Part shown: positions 26,683 through 35,421 of the stretch, piece after piece | How the letters are laid out: every line of letters starts with the position of its first letter | Numbering within the stretch: the stretch's first letter is position 1 | DNA from: an uncultured Clostridium sp. | GTDB taxonomy: Bacteria > Bacillota > Clostridia > Lachnospirales > Lachnospiraceae | Direction: 5' to 3' | Length of the DNA: 64,000 nucleotides | Assembly: GCA_964655525.1 (NCBI GenBank) | Contig: CAZZNE010000009.1 | Location: 46,099 to 110,098, forward strand | Notes under the pieces: generated by a model | Seen by the model: only the letters and a program-made list of their open reading frames with translations | Told to the model about the DNA's origin: nothing | The model's database searches: none | Position numbers and translations under genes: made by a program

Positions 26683-28035
26683 ATGCCAAATCCATATCTG
26701 CCGCGCTGGGAATATATTCCGGATGGCGAGCCGAGAGTGTTCGGTGACAGAATTTATATCTATGGTTCGCACGACAATGCGGGATCAGTGAAGTTCTGCG
26801 ATTATGTGTTGAAATGCTGGAGCGCACCGCTTGATCATTTGGATCAGTGGGTATGCCATGGCGACATCTTTCGCACACAGCAGACCTTTGATCATGAGTC
26901 TGACACGGATTGGACAGATCGTTCTCATTATCTCTATGCGCCGGATGTTGTGGAAAAGGACGGAAAATATTATCTTTACGCTTATATCATAGGTTCCATA
27001 GGCTGTGTTGCGGTGAGCGACAAACCGGAGGGACCGTTTCGGCTGTTGAATAAGTATCAATATACGATTTCTGACGAAATCTGTTGCAACGGCTGGTTTA
27101 TCGATCCGGGAGTACTGGTGGATGACGATGGCAGAACGTACATATACTGCGGATTTGAACGTTCTTTTGTGGCGCAGATCGACAGTGGTAGTATGTATGA
27201 GGTTATTGACGGGAGCTGCATCGAGCATATCATTCCCTGCGAAAAACAGGAGGACGGGGGATTCACGGAGACGGACGCGCTGTTTTATGAAGCGTGCTCG
27301 CCAAGAAAGATCGGGAATACCTACTATCTTATCTATTCGCCCAAGCGTGGCAGCAGGCTTGCGTATGCTACTTCGGACAGTCCGACGGGACCGTTTACCT
27401 ATCGGGGATATATCATAGATAATGGCGTGGAATATCCGGGCGGCAACAATCATGGCTCTGTTGCGCAGATTAACGGGCAGTGGTATGTTTTTTACCATCG
27501 GATGACCAACGGTACCATTATGTCCCGGCGTGCCTGTGTCGAGAAGATTGAGATTCTTCCGGACGGAACGATTCCCGCGGTGGAAATGACATCTTTGGGA
27601 TTTGAGGATGCCCTAAATCCTTATGAGATCACTCCGGCAGAAATCGCCTGTGTGTTGGAGGGCGGTGCGTTCGTGACCGAGAAAAATGTATTTGAGCGCG
27701 TTGTGACGAATGTGACGGAAGGATGCGTGATTGGATATAAATACTTTGATTTCGGAGACGATTTCGGCAGCAGGACGATGGAACTTTCCGCAAACATCCA
27801 TGGTATGGGCTGTGACAGTATTTTGCAGGTGTTGCTCGACGGAAAGGATGGAGAGGAGATCGGGCGGCTTAAGATCGGCAGAGAAAATAGTGTGGTCACG
27901 GAAAGGGTGAAGGCAGTAACCGGAAGACACAGTTTATTCTTTCGGATTTCCACAGAGTATCCGTCTGACTGGACGGGAGAACCCTTTAGGAACCGATGCC
28001 TGTTTGAGTTGAAAGAGTTTGTCTTTACAAAGTAA
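26683..28035 (+). CDS. GH43-family glycoside hydrolase (beta-xylosidase / alpha-L-arabinofuranosidase-like) with a C-terminal beta-sandwich
   Basis: 'NPYLPRWEYIPDGEPRVFGDRIYIYGSHD', 'YAPDVVEKDGKYYLY', 'FIDPGVLVDDDGRTYIY' and 'GNNHGSVAQINGQWYVFYHR'. No signal peptide. Confidence 0.8.
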   Translation: MPNPYLPRWEYIPDGEPRVFGDRIYIYGSHDNAGSVKFCDYVLKCWSAPLDHLDQWVCHGDIFRTQQTFDHESDTDWTDRSHYLYAPDVVEKDGKYYLYAYIIGSIGCVAVSDKPEGPFRLLNKYQYTISDEICCNGWFIDPGVLVDDDGRTYIYCGFERSFVAQIDSGSMYEVIDGSCIEHIIPCEKQEDGGFTETDALFYEACSPRKIGNTYYLIYSPKRGSRLAYATSDSPTGPFTYRGYIIDNGVEYPGGNNHGSVAQINGQWYVFYHRMTNGTIMSRRACVEKIEILPDGTIPAVEMTSLGFEDALNPYEITPAEIACVLEGGAFVTEKNVFERVVTNVTEGCVIGYKYFDFGDDFGSRTMELSANIHGMGCDSILQVLLDGKDGEEIGRLKIGRENSVVTERVKAVTGRHSLFFRISTEYPSDWTGEPFRNRCLFELKEFVFTK

Positions 28036-28194
28036 AAAAGAGTGCTATGCACTCTTTTTTACGAAATTGGAATTATCTCAGTACGGAAAGAACGCTGCGC
28101 GTTCTTTTTTAACTTATAGGAAATTCCTCAATCCCGGAAAGAATTTGCGAATGCAAATTCTTTGAAAGATTTGCGCCACGCGCAAATCTTTTTT
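28034..28194. repeat. Four consecutive terminator-like hairpins sharing an AAAGA...TCTTT frame in a convergent intergenic region
   Basis: H1 28034-28060 (AAAAGAGTGC/GCACTCTTTT), H2 28087-28110 (AAAGAACGC/GCGTTCTTT), H3 28138-28163 (AAAGAATTTGC/GCAAATTCTTT) and H4 28165-28194 (AAAGATTTGCGC/GCGCAAATCTTT). Confidence 0.8.
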
Positions 28195-29266
28195 ATAAAA
28201 TCTTTACAATGGACAGCTCCGTTTCTTTGAAGAGATCAACAAAGGTATCCCCCACGCGTACGGTCGGCCGTGCAGGGTTGTTCGGATTGATGAAGACGAC
28301 CTCACCCTCCCTGCCGTCGCTTAGGCGGACGCGGTTTAACAGGTAGGTTGTTACGACATTATTCATAAAAGTCATATAATAGCCGGGGTCATATTTCTGC
28401 AGTCCCTCGGAAACGAGAATATCGATCACTTCAAACGGGCAGAGAGGACCGCGATAGATACGCGCGCTTGTCATGGCATCATATACGTCGGCGATGGAAA
28501 CAATCTTTGCGAATTTGTCGATCTTATTGCCGACAAGTCCGAGCGGATAACCGGTGCCGTCACAGCGTTCGTGATGCATCAATGCGGCGTTGCAGACATG
28601 CTCGTTCACGTTCTGCGCGCGCAGGATCTTATAGCCCTCATACGGATGCGTTTTAATGACGGAAAACTCTTCCTCGGTCAGTTTCGCAGGCTTTTTAATG
28701 ATAAAATCGGGAATGACGAGCTTGCCGATGTCATGCAGCATGCCGCACAGCGTCGCCAGCTCAATATCCTCCTGCGAAAAAAGGAGCCATCGGGCAAAAA
28801 TATTACAGATCAGGGCGACGTTCATCGAATGTGCATAGGTCTGATCATCATAGGAACGCATACTCTGCAGCATGGTAAATACGTTGAAGGAAGCCTTTTT
28901 GGTCTGAACAAGAGATAATGCCTGCTCCAGCATAGCATCCGTATCGATCGGCGCATTGTTCTCAACAATATCGTTCAGACTGCTTTTAAAGCCAACCAAA
29001 GATTCATCAAAATAGCGCTTGAATGCCTGAAATTCCGGGCTGCTCTGCACATGCTCGGAAACGGAAAGGCTGGGAGAAGGGCTTCCTAATGACTCATTCC
29101 GATCGTCCTCAACACGAATAGAGAGGATGGAATAAAATTCAAGCTTTGTAATGGTTTTGTCTGTTAAGGTAAGTCCTTTGGGAAGGATCAGTTGATCGCT
29201 GTAGCTATAGACGTCCTCCGCCGTGACCATTCCCGGAACCAATTCTTGCGTGCTCAGTCTTTTCAT
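28193..29266 (-). CDS. HD-GYP domain protein (putative c-di-GMP phosphodiesterase) with an uncharacterised N-terminal region of about 150 aa
   Basis: 'HSMNVALICNIFA', 'LCGMLHDIGKLVIP' and 'HHERCDGTGYPLGL'. GGGAGG lies 6 nt before the ATG at 29266. Confidence 0.9.
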   Translation of the reverse strand: MKRLSTQELVPGMVTAEDVYSYSDQLILPKGLTLTDKTITKLEFYSILSIRVEDDRNESLGSPSPSLSVSEHVQSSPEFQAFKRYFDESLVGFKSSLNDIVENNAPIDTDAMLEQALSLVQTKKASFNVFTMLQSMRSYDDQTYAHSMNVALICNIFARWLLFSQEDIELATLCGMLHDIGKLVIPDFIIKKPAKLTEEEFSVIKTHPYEGYKILRAQNVNEHVCNAALMHHERCDGTGYPLGLVGNKIDKFAKIVSIADVYDAMTSARIYRGPLCPFEVIDILVSEGLQKYDPGYYMTFMNNVVTTYLLNRVRLSDGREGEVVFINPNNPARPTVRVGDTFVDLFKETELSIVKIL

Positions 29267-29347
29267 AGCGTACCTCCCTTCAGTCAAAAGTAACAATAGT
29301 GATAGTAAAATTATAAAATTTTTTTACTATATTGTCAATCAAATCCA

Positions 29348-29376
29348 TTGACATAGCCAAACGTTTGATGTATGTT
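29348..29376 (+). promoter_or_regulatory. Sigma-A-type promoter of the S-box/metK transcript
   Basis: TTGACA (29348-29353), a 17-nt spacer, then TATGTT (29371-29376). Confidence 0.55.
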
Positions 29377-29428
29377 AGTAGCAGATAGGAAAATTCCATA
29401 TTGAACCCCTTGTTTTACGGGGAATATT

Positions 29429-29603
29429 CTCTTATTCGGAGTGGTGGAGATACATAGGATCTGTGAAGCCACGGCAACCCCATAACCGGAAGGTGCCAAC
29501 CTGAGCGAATATTGTTGACCGCATATCATCTGCGGTTGATCGAACAATAAGAGGATTTGATTATCTGTGATGTCAGGTCCGCTTAGCTGCGGACTTATTT
29601 TTT
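29429..29603 (+). promoter_or_regulatory. SAM-I (S-box) riboswitch with intrinsic terminator
   Basis: P1 CTCTTATT/AATAAGAG. Conserved blocks 'GGTGGAGA', 'GTGAAGCCACGGCAACC' and 'GGAAGGTGCCAACCTGAGCG'. Terminator GTCCGC-ttagct-GCGGAC followed by TTATTTTTTT (about 29576-29603). It sits directly upstream of metK. Confidence 0.9.
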
Positions 29604-29628
29604 TGTGATAAAGAAGGAGGAACCAATC

Positions 29629-30816
29629 ATGGAAAAACACTTATTTACGTCTGAATCCGTTACGGAGGGGCATCCTGACAAAGTCTGCGATGCGGTTTCC
29701 GACGCCATCTTAGACGCCTGCATGGAGCAGGATCCGATGAGCCGCGTTGCCTGTGAGACAGCCGCATGTACGGGGTTTGTGCTTGTCACGGGTGAGATTA
29801 CAACAAAGGCGAATCTGGATATTCCGGCAATCGTCAGAAAAACGGTGAACGAGATCGGTTATGATGATGCAAAGACAGGATTTGACGGGAATACCTGCGC
29901 GGTCATGGTCGCATTGGACAAGCAGTCTCCCGATATTGCAATGGGTGTAGACAAAGCGCTGGAGGCAAGAGAGGCGAAAATGTCCGACGAGCAGCTTGCC
30001 GCGATCGGTGCGGGCGATCAGGGTATGATGTTCGGCTATGCGACAAACGAAACCGAAGAATATATGCCGTACCCGATCTCGCTTGCGCACAAGCTGGCAT
30101 TACAGCTTACCAAAGTGAGAAAGGACGGTACGCTTTCTTATTTAAGACCGGACGGCAAGAGTCAGGTCTCTGTGGAATATGATGAAAATAATAAGCCGAT
30201 CCGCTTAGAGGCGGTTGTGTTGTCCACACAGCACGACGAGGATGTCACGCAGGAGCAGATTCATGAGGACATCAAAAAATATGTGTTTGATCCGGTGCTT
30301 CCGAAGGAACTGATCGATGAGAATACGAAATACTTTATCAACCCGACGGGACGCTTTGTGATCGGCGGACCGCACGGCGATGCGGGTCTGACGGGACGTA
30401 AGATCATTGTGGATACCTACGGAGGCTACGCCAGACACGGCGGCGGCGCATTTTCGGGGAAGGACTGCACGAAGGTCGATCGTTCCGCGGCGTACGCGGC
30501 GCGCTATGTCGCAAAAAATATCGTGGCGGCGGGACTTGCCGATAAATGTGAGATTCAGTTATCCTACGCGATCGGCGTAGCGGAGCCGACCTCCGTCATG
30601 ATCGATACGTTCGGCACGGGAAAATTAAGCTCAGAGAAGCTGGTTGGCATCATCCGTGACAATTTTGATTTAAGACCTGCGGGCATTATCAAAATGCTCG
30701 ATCTGCGCAGACCGATCTACAAGCAGACCGCAGCATACGGGCACTTCGGACGCAACGACTTGAATCTGCCGTGGGAGCAGCTTGATAAGGTCGATGTGTT
30801 AAAGAAATATTTATAA
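29629..30816 (+). CDS. metK: S-adenosylmethionine synthase
   Basis: '[16 protein letters not shown]', '[12 protein letters not shown]', '[21 protein letters not shown]' and 'GGGAFSGKD'. AAGGAGG RBS. Confidence 0.97.
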   Translation: MEKHLFTSESVTEGHPDKVCDAVSDAILDACMEQDPMSRVACETAACTGFVLVTGEITTKANLDIPAIVRKTVNEIGYDDAKTGFDGNTCAVMVALDKQSPDIAMGVDKALEAREAKMSDEQLAAIGAGDQGMMFGYATNETEEYMPYPISLAHKLALQLTKVRKDGTLSYLRPDGKSQVSVEYDENNKPIRLEAVVLSTQHDEDVTQEQIHEDIKKYVFDPVLPKELIDENTKYFINPTGRFVIGGPHGDAGLTGRKIIVDTYGGYARHGGGAFSGKDCTKVDRSAAYAARYVAKNIVAAGLADKCEIQLSYAIGVAEPTSVMIDTFGTGKLSSEKLVGIIRDNFDLRPAGIIKMLDLRRPIYKQTAAYGHFGRNDLNLPWEQLDKVDVLKKYL

Positions 30817-30849
30817 TTTTATAAAAAGTATTTGTAAAAAGGGCTTTCA

Positions 30850-30949
30850 CGGGGCTGCTGCACTAAGTGTTGAGAATACAGGATATTGAAGGAAGTACAA
30901 ACAAATTCTACAATATCGTGTATTTGATTTCCTTGGTGTGGCAGCCCCG
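30850..30949 (+). other. Extended imperfect hairpin of about 100 nt downstream of metK
   Basis: Outer stem CGGGGCTGCTGCAC / GTGTGGCAGCCCCG (two G-U pairs). Inner stem AATACAGGATATTG / CAATATCGTGTATT (one mismatch). A 22-nt apical loop and no U-tract. Confidence 0.6.
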
Positions 30950-31071
30950 CCTATTATTTTATGGGCAATTTCTGATTGTATAGTGTGTGAATTTAGGGTA
31001 AAATATTTTATGGCTAGCTCTAGGTTGCCCTTGATATATGTAATGGAATAATGACGAGGGAGTGATCATAT

Positions 31072-31365
31072 ATGCGTTATACTATTAATGAAATAAAGAA
31101 AAAAACAACGCCCATTGCAAAAGAATATGGAATTGGACGAATGAGTTTGTTTGGCTCTTATGCCAGAGGAGAGGCGACAGATGATAGTGATGTTGATTTG
31201 TATATAGAGAGGGGAAGGCTGAAAAGTTTGCTTCAATATTTTGCTTTTATTGATGAACTGGAAAATGTTTTGAATTGCCATGTTGATGTTGTGACCACAG
31301 GGATTGAGGACAAACAATTTCTTGCTGAGATAATGCAAGAGGGGGTACTTTTATATGAAGAATGA
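31072..31365 (+). CDS. mntA: MntA-type minimal nucleotidyltransferase antitoxin
   Basis: 'LFGSYARGEATDDSDVDLYI' fits the GSxxRGxxxxxSDxDL nucleotidyltransferase motif. 97 aa, overlapping the downstream HEPN gene by 11 nt. Confidence 0.85.
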   Translation: MRYTINEIKKKTTPIAKEYGIGRMSLFGSYARGEATDDSDVDLYIERGRLKSLLQYFAFIDELENVLNCHVDVVTTGIEDKQFLAEIMQEGVLLYEE

Positions 31366-31690
31366 GGACAACCTGATTATTAAGAAAATGATCAAATATT
31401 GTAACGATGTAAATATTCTTTTAACAAGATTTGATATGGACTTTGAAAAATATAAAACGGATATTTCGTTTCAATATGCATGTAATATGTGTATTATCCA
31501 AATCGGTGAACTTGCCAATAGGTTATCAGATGAAAAAAAAGAAAGAAATAAAAATATTCCATGGCGTGCAATTAGAGGAATGAGAAATTTGCATGCGCAT
31601 GATTATGAAAACGTTGATTTGGAAATTGTTTGGAATACATTATTGGAGGACATTCCGGTGCTAAAGCAAAGTTTGGAAAAATTATTGTAG
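31355..31690 (+). CDS. hepT: HepT-type HEPN (DUF86) toxin
   Basis: 'IRGMRNLHAHDYENVD' contains the Rx4-6H HEPN motif. 111 aa, paired with the nucleotidyltransferase gene upstream. Confidence 0.85.
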   Translation: MKNEDNLIIKKMIKYCNDVNILLTRFDMDFEKYKTDISFQYACNMCIIQIGELANRLSDEKKERNKNIPWRAIRGMRNLHAHDYENVDLEIVWNTLLEDIPVLKQSLEKLL

Positions 31691-31745
31691 GTTTTTTTAC
31701 ATATCGTAATCACATGGTACTGTCATCATACAAAAGGAGGCGCGC

Positions 31746-34700
31746 ATGTCGTTTGTACATCTTCATGTCCATACCGAGTATAGTCTTTTGGACGGTTCAA
31801 ATAAGATCAAGGAATACGTGAAGCGTGTGAAAGAGCTTGGCATGAACGCGGCGGCGATCACGGATCACGGCGTCATGTACGGCGTGATCGATTTTTACCG
31901 TGAGGCGACGGAGGCGGGCATCAAGCCGATTCTTGGCTGCGAGGTCTATGTTGCGCCGGGGTCGCGTTTTGAGAAAGAGACACATGTTTCCGACGACCGT
32001 TATTACCATTTGGTACTGCTTGCAGAAAATAACACTGGTTATGCAAACTTGATGAAGATCGTATCCCGCGGTTTTACGGAAGGGTACTATTATAAACCCC
32101 GCGTGGATATGGAGCTGCTTGAGGAATTTCATGAGGGCATCATCGCGCTTTCCGCCTGTCTTGCAGGAGAGGTGCAGCGCAACATAGCCAAGGGGTTGAT
32201 CGAGGAAGCAAAAAAGACAGCGCTGCGCTATGAGGCAATCTTCGGCAAAGGAAATTATTTTCTTGAGCTGCAGGATCACGGGATTCCGACGCAGCAGACC
32301 GTCAATATGGCGCTGATGGCGATGTCGAAGGAGCTGGACATTCCGCTTGTGGCCACGAACGATGTGCATTATACCTACGCGGACGATGTAAAGCCGCATG
32401 ACATCCTGCTCTGCCTGCAGACGGGCAAGAAGCTTGCGGACGAGGACCGCATGCGCTATGAGGGCGGACAGTATTACGTGAAGAGCGAGGACGAGATGAA
32501 AATCGTGTTCCCTTACGCGGTCGAGGCGCTTGAGAACACGCAGCGCATCGCGGATCGCTGTGACGTGACGATCGAGTTCGGCGTGACGAAGCTGCCTCAT
32601 TTTGACGTGCCGGAGGGGTATGATTCCTGGAGCTACTTAAACGAACTCTGTAACAGGGGCATGAAGGAGCGTTACCCGCAGGGTGGGGAAGGGCTTTCCG
32701 AGCGGCTTTCCTATGAGCTGGACGTCATACGGAACATGGGCTATGTCGATTATTTTTTGATCGTGTGGGACTATATCAACTATGCCAGAGAGCACGGGAT
32801 TGCAGTCGGACCGGGAAGAGGCTCCGCGGCGGGCTCTATTGTATCGTACTGTCTGCATATCACAGACATTGATCCAATTAAATATCAACTGCTATTTGAA
32901 CGGTTCTTAAATCCGGAACGTGTGTCCATGCCGGATATTGACGTGGATTTCTGTTATGAGCGCCGGCAGGAGGTCATTGATTATGTGACCGCCAAATACG
33001 GTGCGGATAAGGTTGTTCAGATCGTGACGTTCGGTACGCTGGCGGCGAAGGGTGTCATCCGCGACGTGGGGCGTGTGATGGATCTGCCGTATGCATTTGT
33101 GGACAATATTGCCAAAATGATACCGTATGAGCTGAACATTACGCTTTCCCGCGCGCTTGAGGTCAATCCTGAGCTTCGCGCGATCTATGAGAGCGACGGG
33201 CAGGTGCATGAGCTGATCGATATGGCGAAGCGCTTAGAGGGATTGCCGCGCCATACTTCCATTCATGCGGCGGGCGTTGTGATCTGTCAGCGTCCCGCGG
33301 AGGAGTTTGTGCCGCTTTCGAGGGGGGCCGAGGGAGAGATCACGACACAGTTCACGATGACGACCATCGAGCAGCTTGGCCTTTTGAAAATGGACTTCTT
33401 AGGACTGCGGACGCTGACGGTCATTCAGGATGCGGTGCGCAATGTCGAACAGACGCGGGGCGTCACACTTTCGATGAATGAGCTGGATTATGATGATAAA
33501 ACGGTATTTGAAGAAATCGGAACGGGAAAGACGGACGGTATTTTTCAGATAGAGAGCGGGGGCATGAAAAGCTTTATGAAGGAGTTAAAGCCGCGCAGCT
33601 TAGAGGATATTATCGCGGGAATCTCCCTCTATCGCCCGGGGCCGATGGACTTTATCCCAAAGTATATTTACGGAAAAGATCATGTGGATGAGATCACCTA
33701 CGCCTGTCCGCAGTTAAAGCCGATCTTAGAGGCGACATACGGCTGTATTGTCTATCAGGAGCAGGTTATGCAGATCGTGCGCGATCTGGGCGGCTATACG
33801 CTCGGGCGGAGTGATCTTGTGCGCCGTGCCATGAGTAAAAAGAAGCAATATGTGATGGAGCAGGAGCGCAAAAACTTTGTTTACGGTAACAAGGAGGAAG
33901 GCGTGCCCGGCTGTGAGGCGGCGGGCATCGCGCCGGAGGTTGCCAGTCACATTTACGATACCATGATGGATTTCGCGAAATATGCGTTTAACAAATCACA
34001 TGCGGCATGCTATGCGGTCGTCGCGTATCAGACCGCATACTTAAAGCATTATTATCCGATCGAGTTCATGGCGGCGCTCCTTACTTCCGTGATCGATAAT
34101 CCGGGCAAAGCGTGTGAGTATATTCTGGTGTCGCGCAGTATGGGCATTGAGATCCTGCCCCCCGATATCAATGAGGGGAGCGGCGGCTTCTCCGTTTCCG
34201 AGAACAAGATCCGTTATGCGCTGACGGCGATCAAGAGCGTCGGCAGACCGGTCATTGAGGCGGTTGTGAAGGAGCGGGAGCGCGGCGGGAAGTTCAAAAG
34301 TATCAAGGATTTTCTGACACGAATGAGCGACGTCGGATGCGAGATGAACAAGCGCACCATCGAAAATTTCATTAAGGCGGGCGCGCTGGACGGTCTGGGC
34401 GGCACGCGCAAGCAGTTCATGTGCGTGTATGTGCAGATTTTGGACTCCCTGCATCAGGACAAAAAAAATCATATGGCGGGACAGATGTCTTTATTTGACC
34501 TTGTCGGTGAGGAAAGCCGCGAGGCGCTTGAGATTACTCTGCCGGACGTGGGCGAGTATGGACAGGATATGCTGCTTGCTTTTGAGAAAGAAGTGCTCGG
34601 CGTCTACGTCAGCGGGCATCCGTTAGAGCAGGATAAGACACTGTGGGAGCGCTACAGTTCGGTCAAAACATCGGATTTTTATTTGGATGAGGAGACGGGA

Positions 34701-35231
34701 GAAGCCGCGCTGAAGGATGGTCAGAAGGTTACGGCGGGCGGCATGATCGCAGATAAGAAGATCAAATACACGAAAAACGATAAGGTGATGGCGTTCATTA
34801 CGCTGGAGGATTTGGTCGGTACGATCGAAGTTGTCATTTTTCCGCGTGACTATGAGCAAAATTCCGCAAAGCTGATCGAGGACGCAAAGGTGTTCGTCAC
34901 GGGGCGGGTTTCCGCGGAGGAGGATAAGGACGCCAAGCTCATCTGCGAGCGCATCGTGTTTTTTGAGGATATTCCGCGGAATGTGTGGATCAAGTTTCCG
35001 ACAAAGGAGGCTTATCAAACTTCCGAGGACACGTTAAAGTCGCTGCTGTGGGAGCAGGAGGGGAAGGACGGCGTTATTATTTATATAGAAGATATTCGCG
35101 CAAAAAAAGAACTGGACGCAAACTGGAAGGTTCGTGCCGATGCGGATTTGCTGAAACGGCTTGCGGATGCGTTCGGGGAGGAGAATGTGAAGCTCAGCTA
35201 TAGTCAGAAGGCGGACTTAAGTCGGTTATAA
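31746..35231 (+). CDS. dnaE: DNA polymerase III alpha subunit
   Basis: PHP-domain start 'FVHLHVHTEYSLLDGS', 'PDIDVDF', 'HAAGVVI' and 'YQEQVMQI'. 1161 aa. Confidence 0.97.
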   Translation: MSFVHLHVHTEYSLLDGSNKIKEYVKRVKELGMNAAAITDHGVMYGVIDFYREATEAGIKPILGCEVYVAPGSRFEKETHVSDDRYYHLVLLAENNTGYANLMKIVSRGFTEGYYYKPRVDMELLEEFHEGIIALSACLAGEVQRNIAKGLIEEAKKTALRYEAIFGKGNYFLELQDHGIPTQQTVNMALMAMSKELDIPLVATNDVHYTYADDVKPHDILLCLQTGKKLADEDRMRYEGGQYYVKSEDEMKIVFPYAVEALENTQRIADRCDVTIEFGVTKLPHFDVPEGYDSWSYLNELCNRGMKERYPQGGEGLSERLSYELDVIRNMGYVDYFLIVWDYINYAREHGIAVGPGRGSAAGSIVSYCLHITDIDPIKYQLLFERFLNPERVSMPDIDVDFCYERRQEVIDYVTAKYGADKVVQIVTFGTLAAKGVIRDVGRVMDLPYAFVDNIAKMIPYELNITLSRALEVNPELRAIYESDGQVHELIDMAKRLEGLPRHTSIHAAGVVICQRPAEEFVPLSRGAEGEITTQFTMTTIEQLGLLKMDFLGLRTLTVIQDAVRNVEQTRGVTLSMNELDYDDKTVFEEIGTGKTDGIFQIESGGMKSFMKELKPRSLEDIIAGISLYRPGPMDFIPKYIYGKDHVDEITYACPQLKPILEATYGCIVYQEQVMQIVRDLGGYTLGRSDLVRRAMSKKKQYVMEQERKNFVYGNKEEGVPGCEAAGIAPEVASHIYDTMMDFAKYAFNKSHAACYAVVAYQTAYLKHYYPIEFMAALLTSVIDNPGKACEYILVSRSMGIEILPPDINEGSGGFSVSENKIRYALTAIKSVGRPVIEAVVKERERGGKFKSIKDFLTRMSDVGCEMNKRTIENFIKAGALDGLGGTRKQFMCVYVQILDSLHQDKKNHMAGQMSLFDLVGEESREALEITLPDVGEYGQDMLLAFEKEVLGVYVSGHPLEQDKTLWERYSSVKTSDFYLDEETGEAALKDGQKVTAGGMIADKKIKYTKNDKVMAFITLEDLVGTIEVVIFPRDYEQNSAKLIEDAKVFVTGRVSAEEDKDAKLICERIVFFEDIPRNVWIKFPTKEAYQTSEDTLKSLLWEQEGKDGVIIYIEDIRAKKELDANWKVRADADLLKRLADAFGEENVKLSYSQKADLSRL

Positions 35232-35255
35232 AAAAGAGTGCTTCGCACTATTATT

Positions 35256-35280
35256 AAGAATCCGCATAGCGGATTCTTCT
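35256..35280 (+). terminator. Stem-loop terminator after dnaE
   Basis: AAGAATCCGC-ata-GCGGATTCTT. It is preceded by a weaker AGTGC/GCACT hairpin at 35235-35251. Confidence 0.6.
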
Positions 35281-35340
35281 GGGGGTGAGAAGTTTCCTAA
35301 TAGATAAAGATTCCTCGCACATTTTTGTGTCCGCCTGTAT

Positions 35341-35354
35341 TGAAAAATGTTTCA
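35341..35354 (+). promoter_or_regulatory. cre-like palindrome TGAAAAATGTTTCA upstream of pfkA (lacks the central CG)
   Basis: TGAAA-nnnn-TTTCA symmetry compared with the cre consensus TGWAANCGNTNWCA. A weak match. Confidence 0.25.
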
Positions 35355-35421
35355 AAATAGATTAAAATGACTTCAATAGATAAAAGATAAAAATAGACAA
35401 CGGAAAGGGCATGGTAGAACG

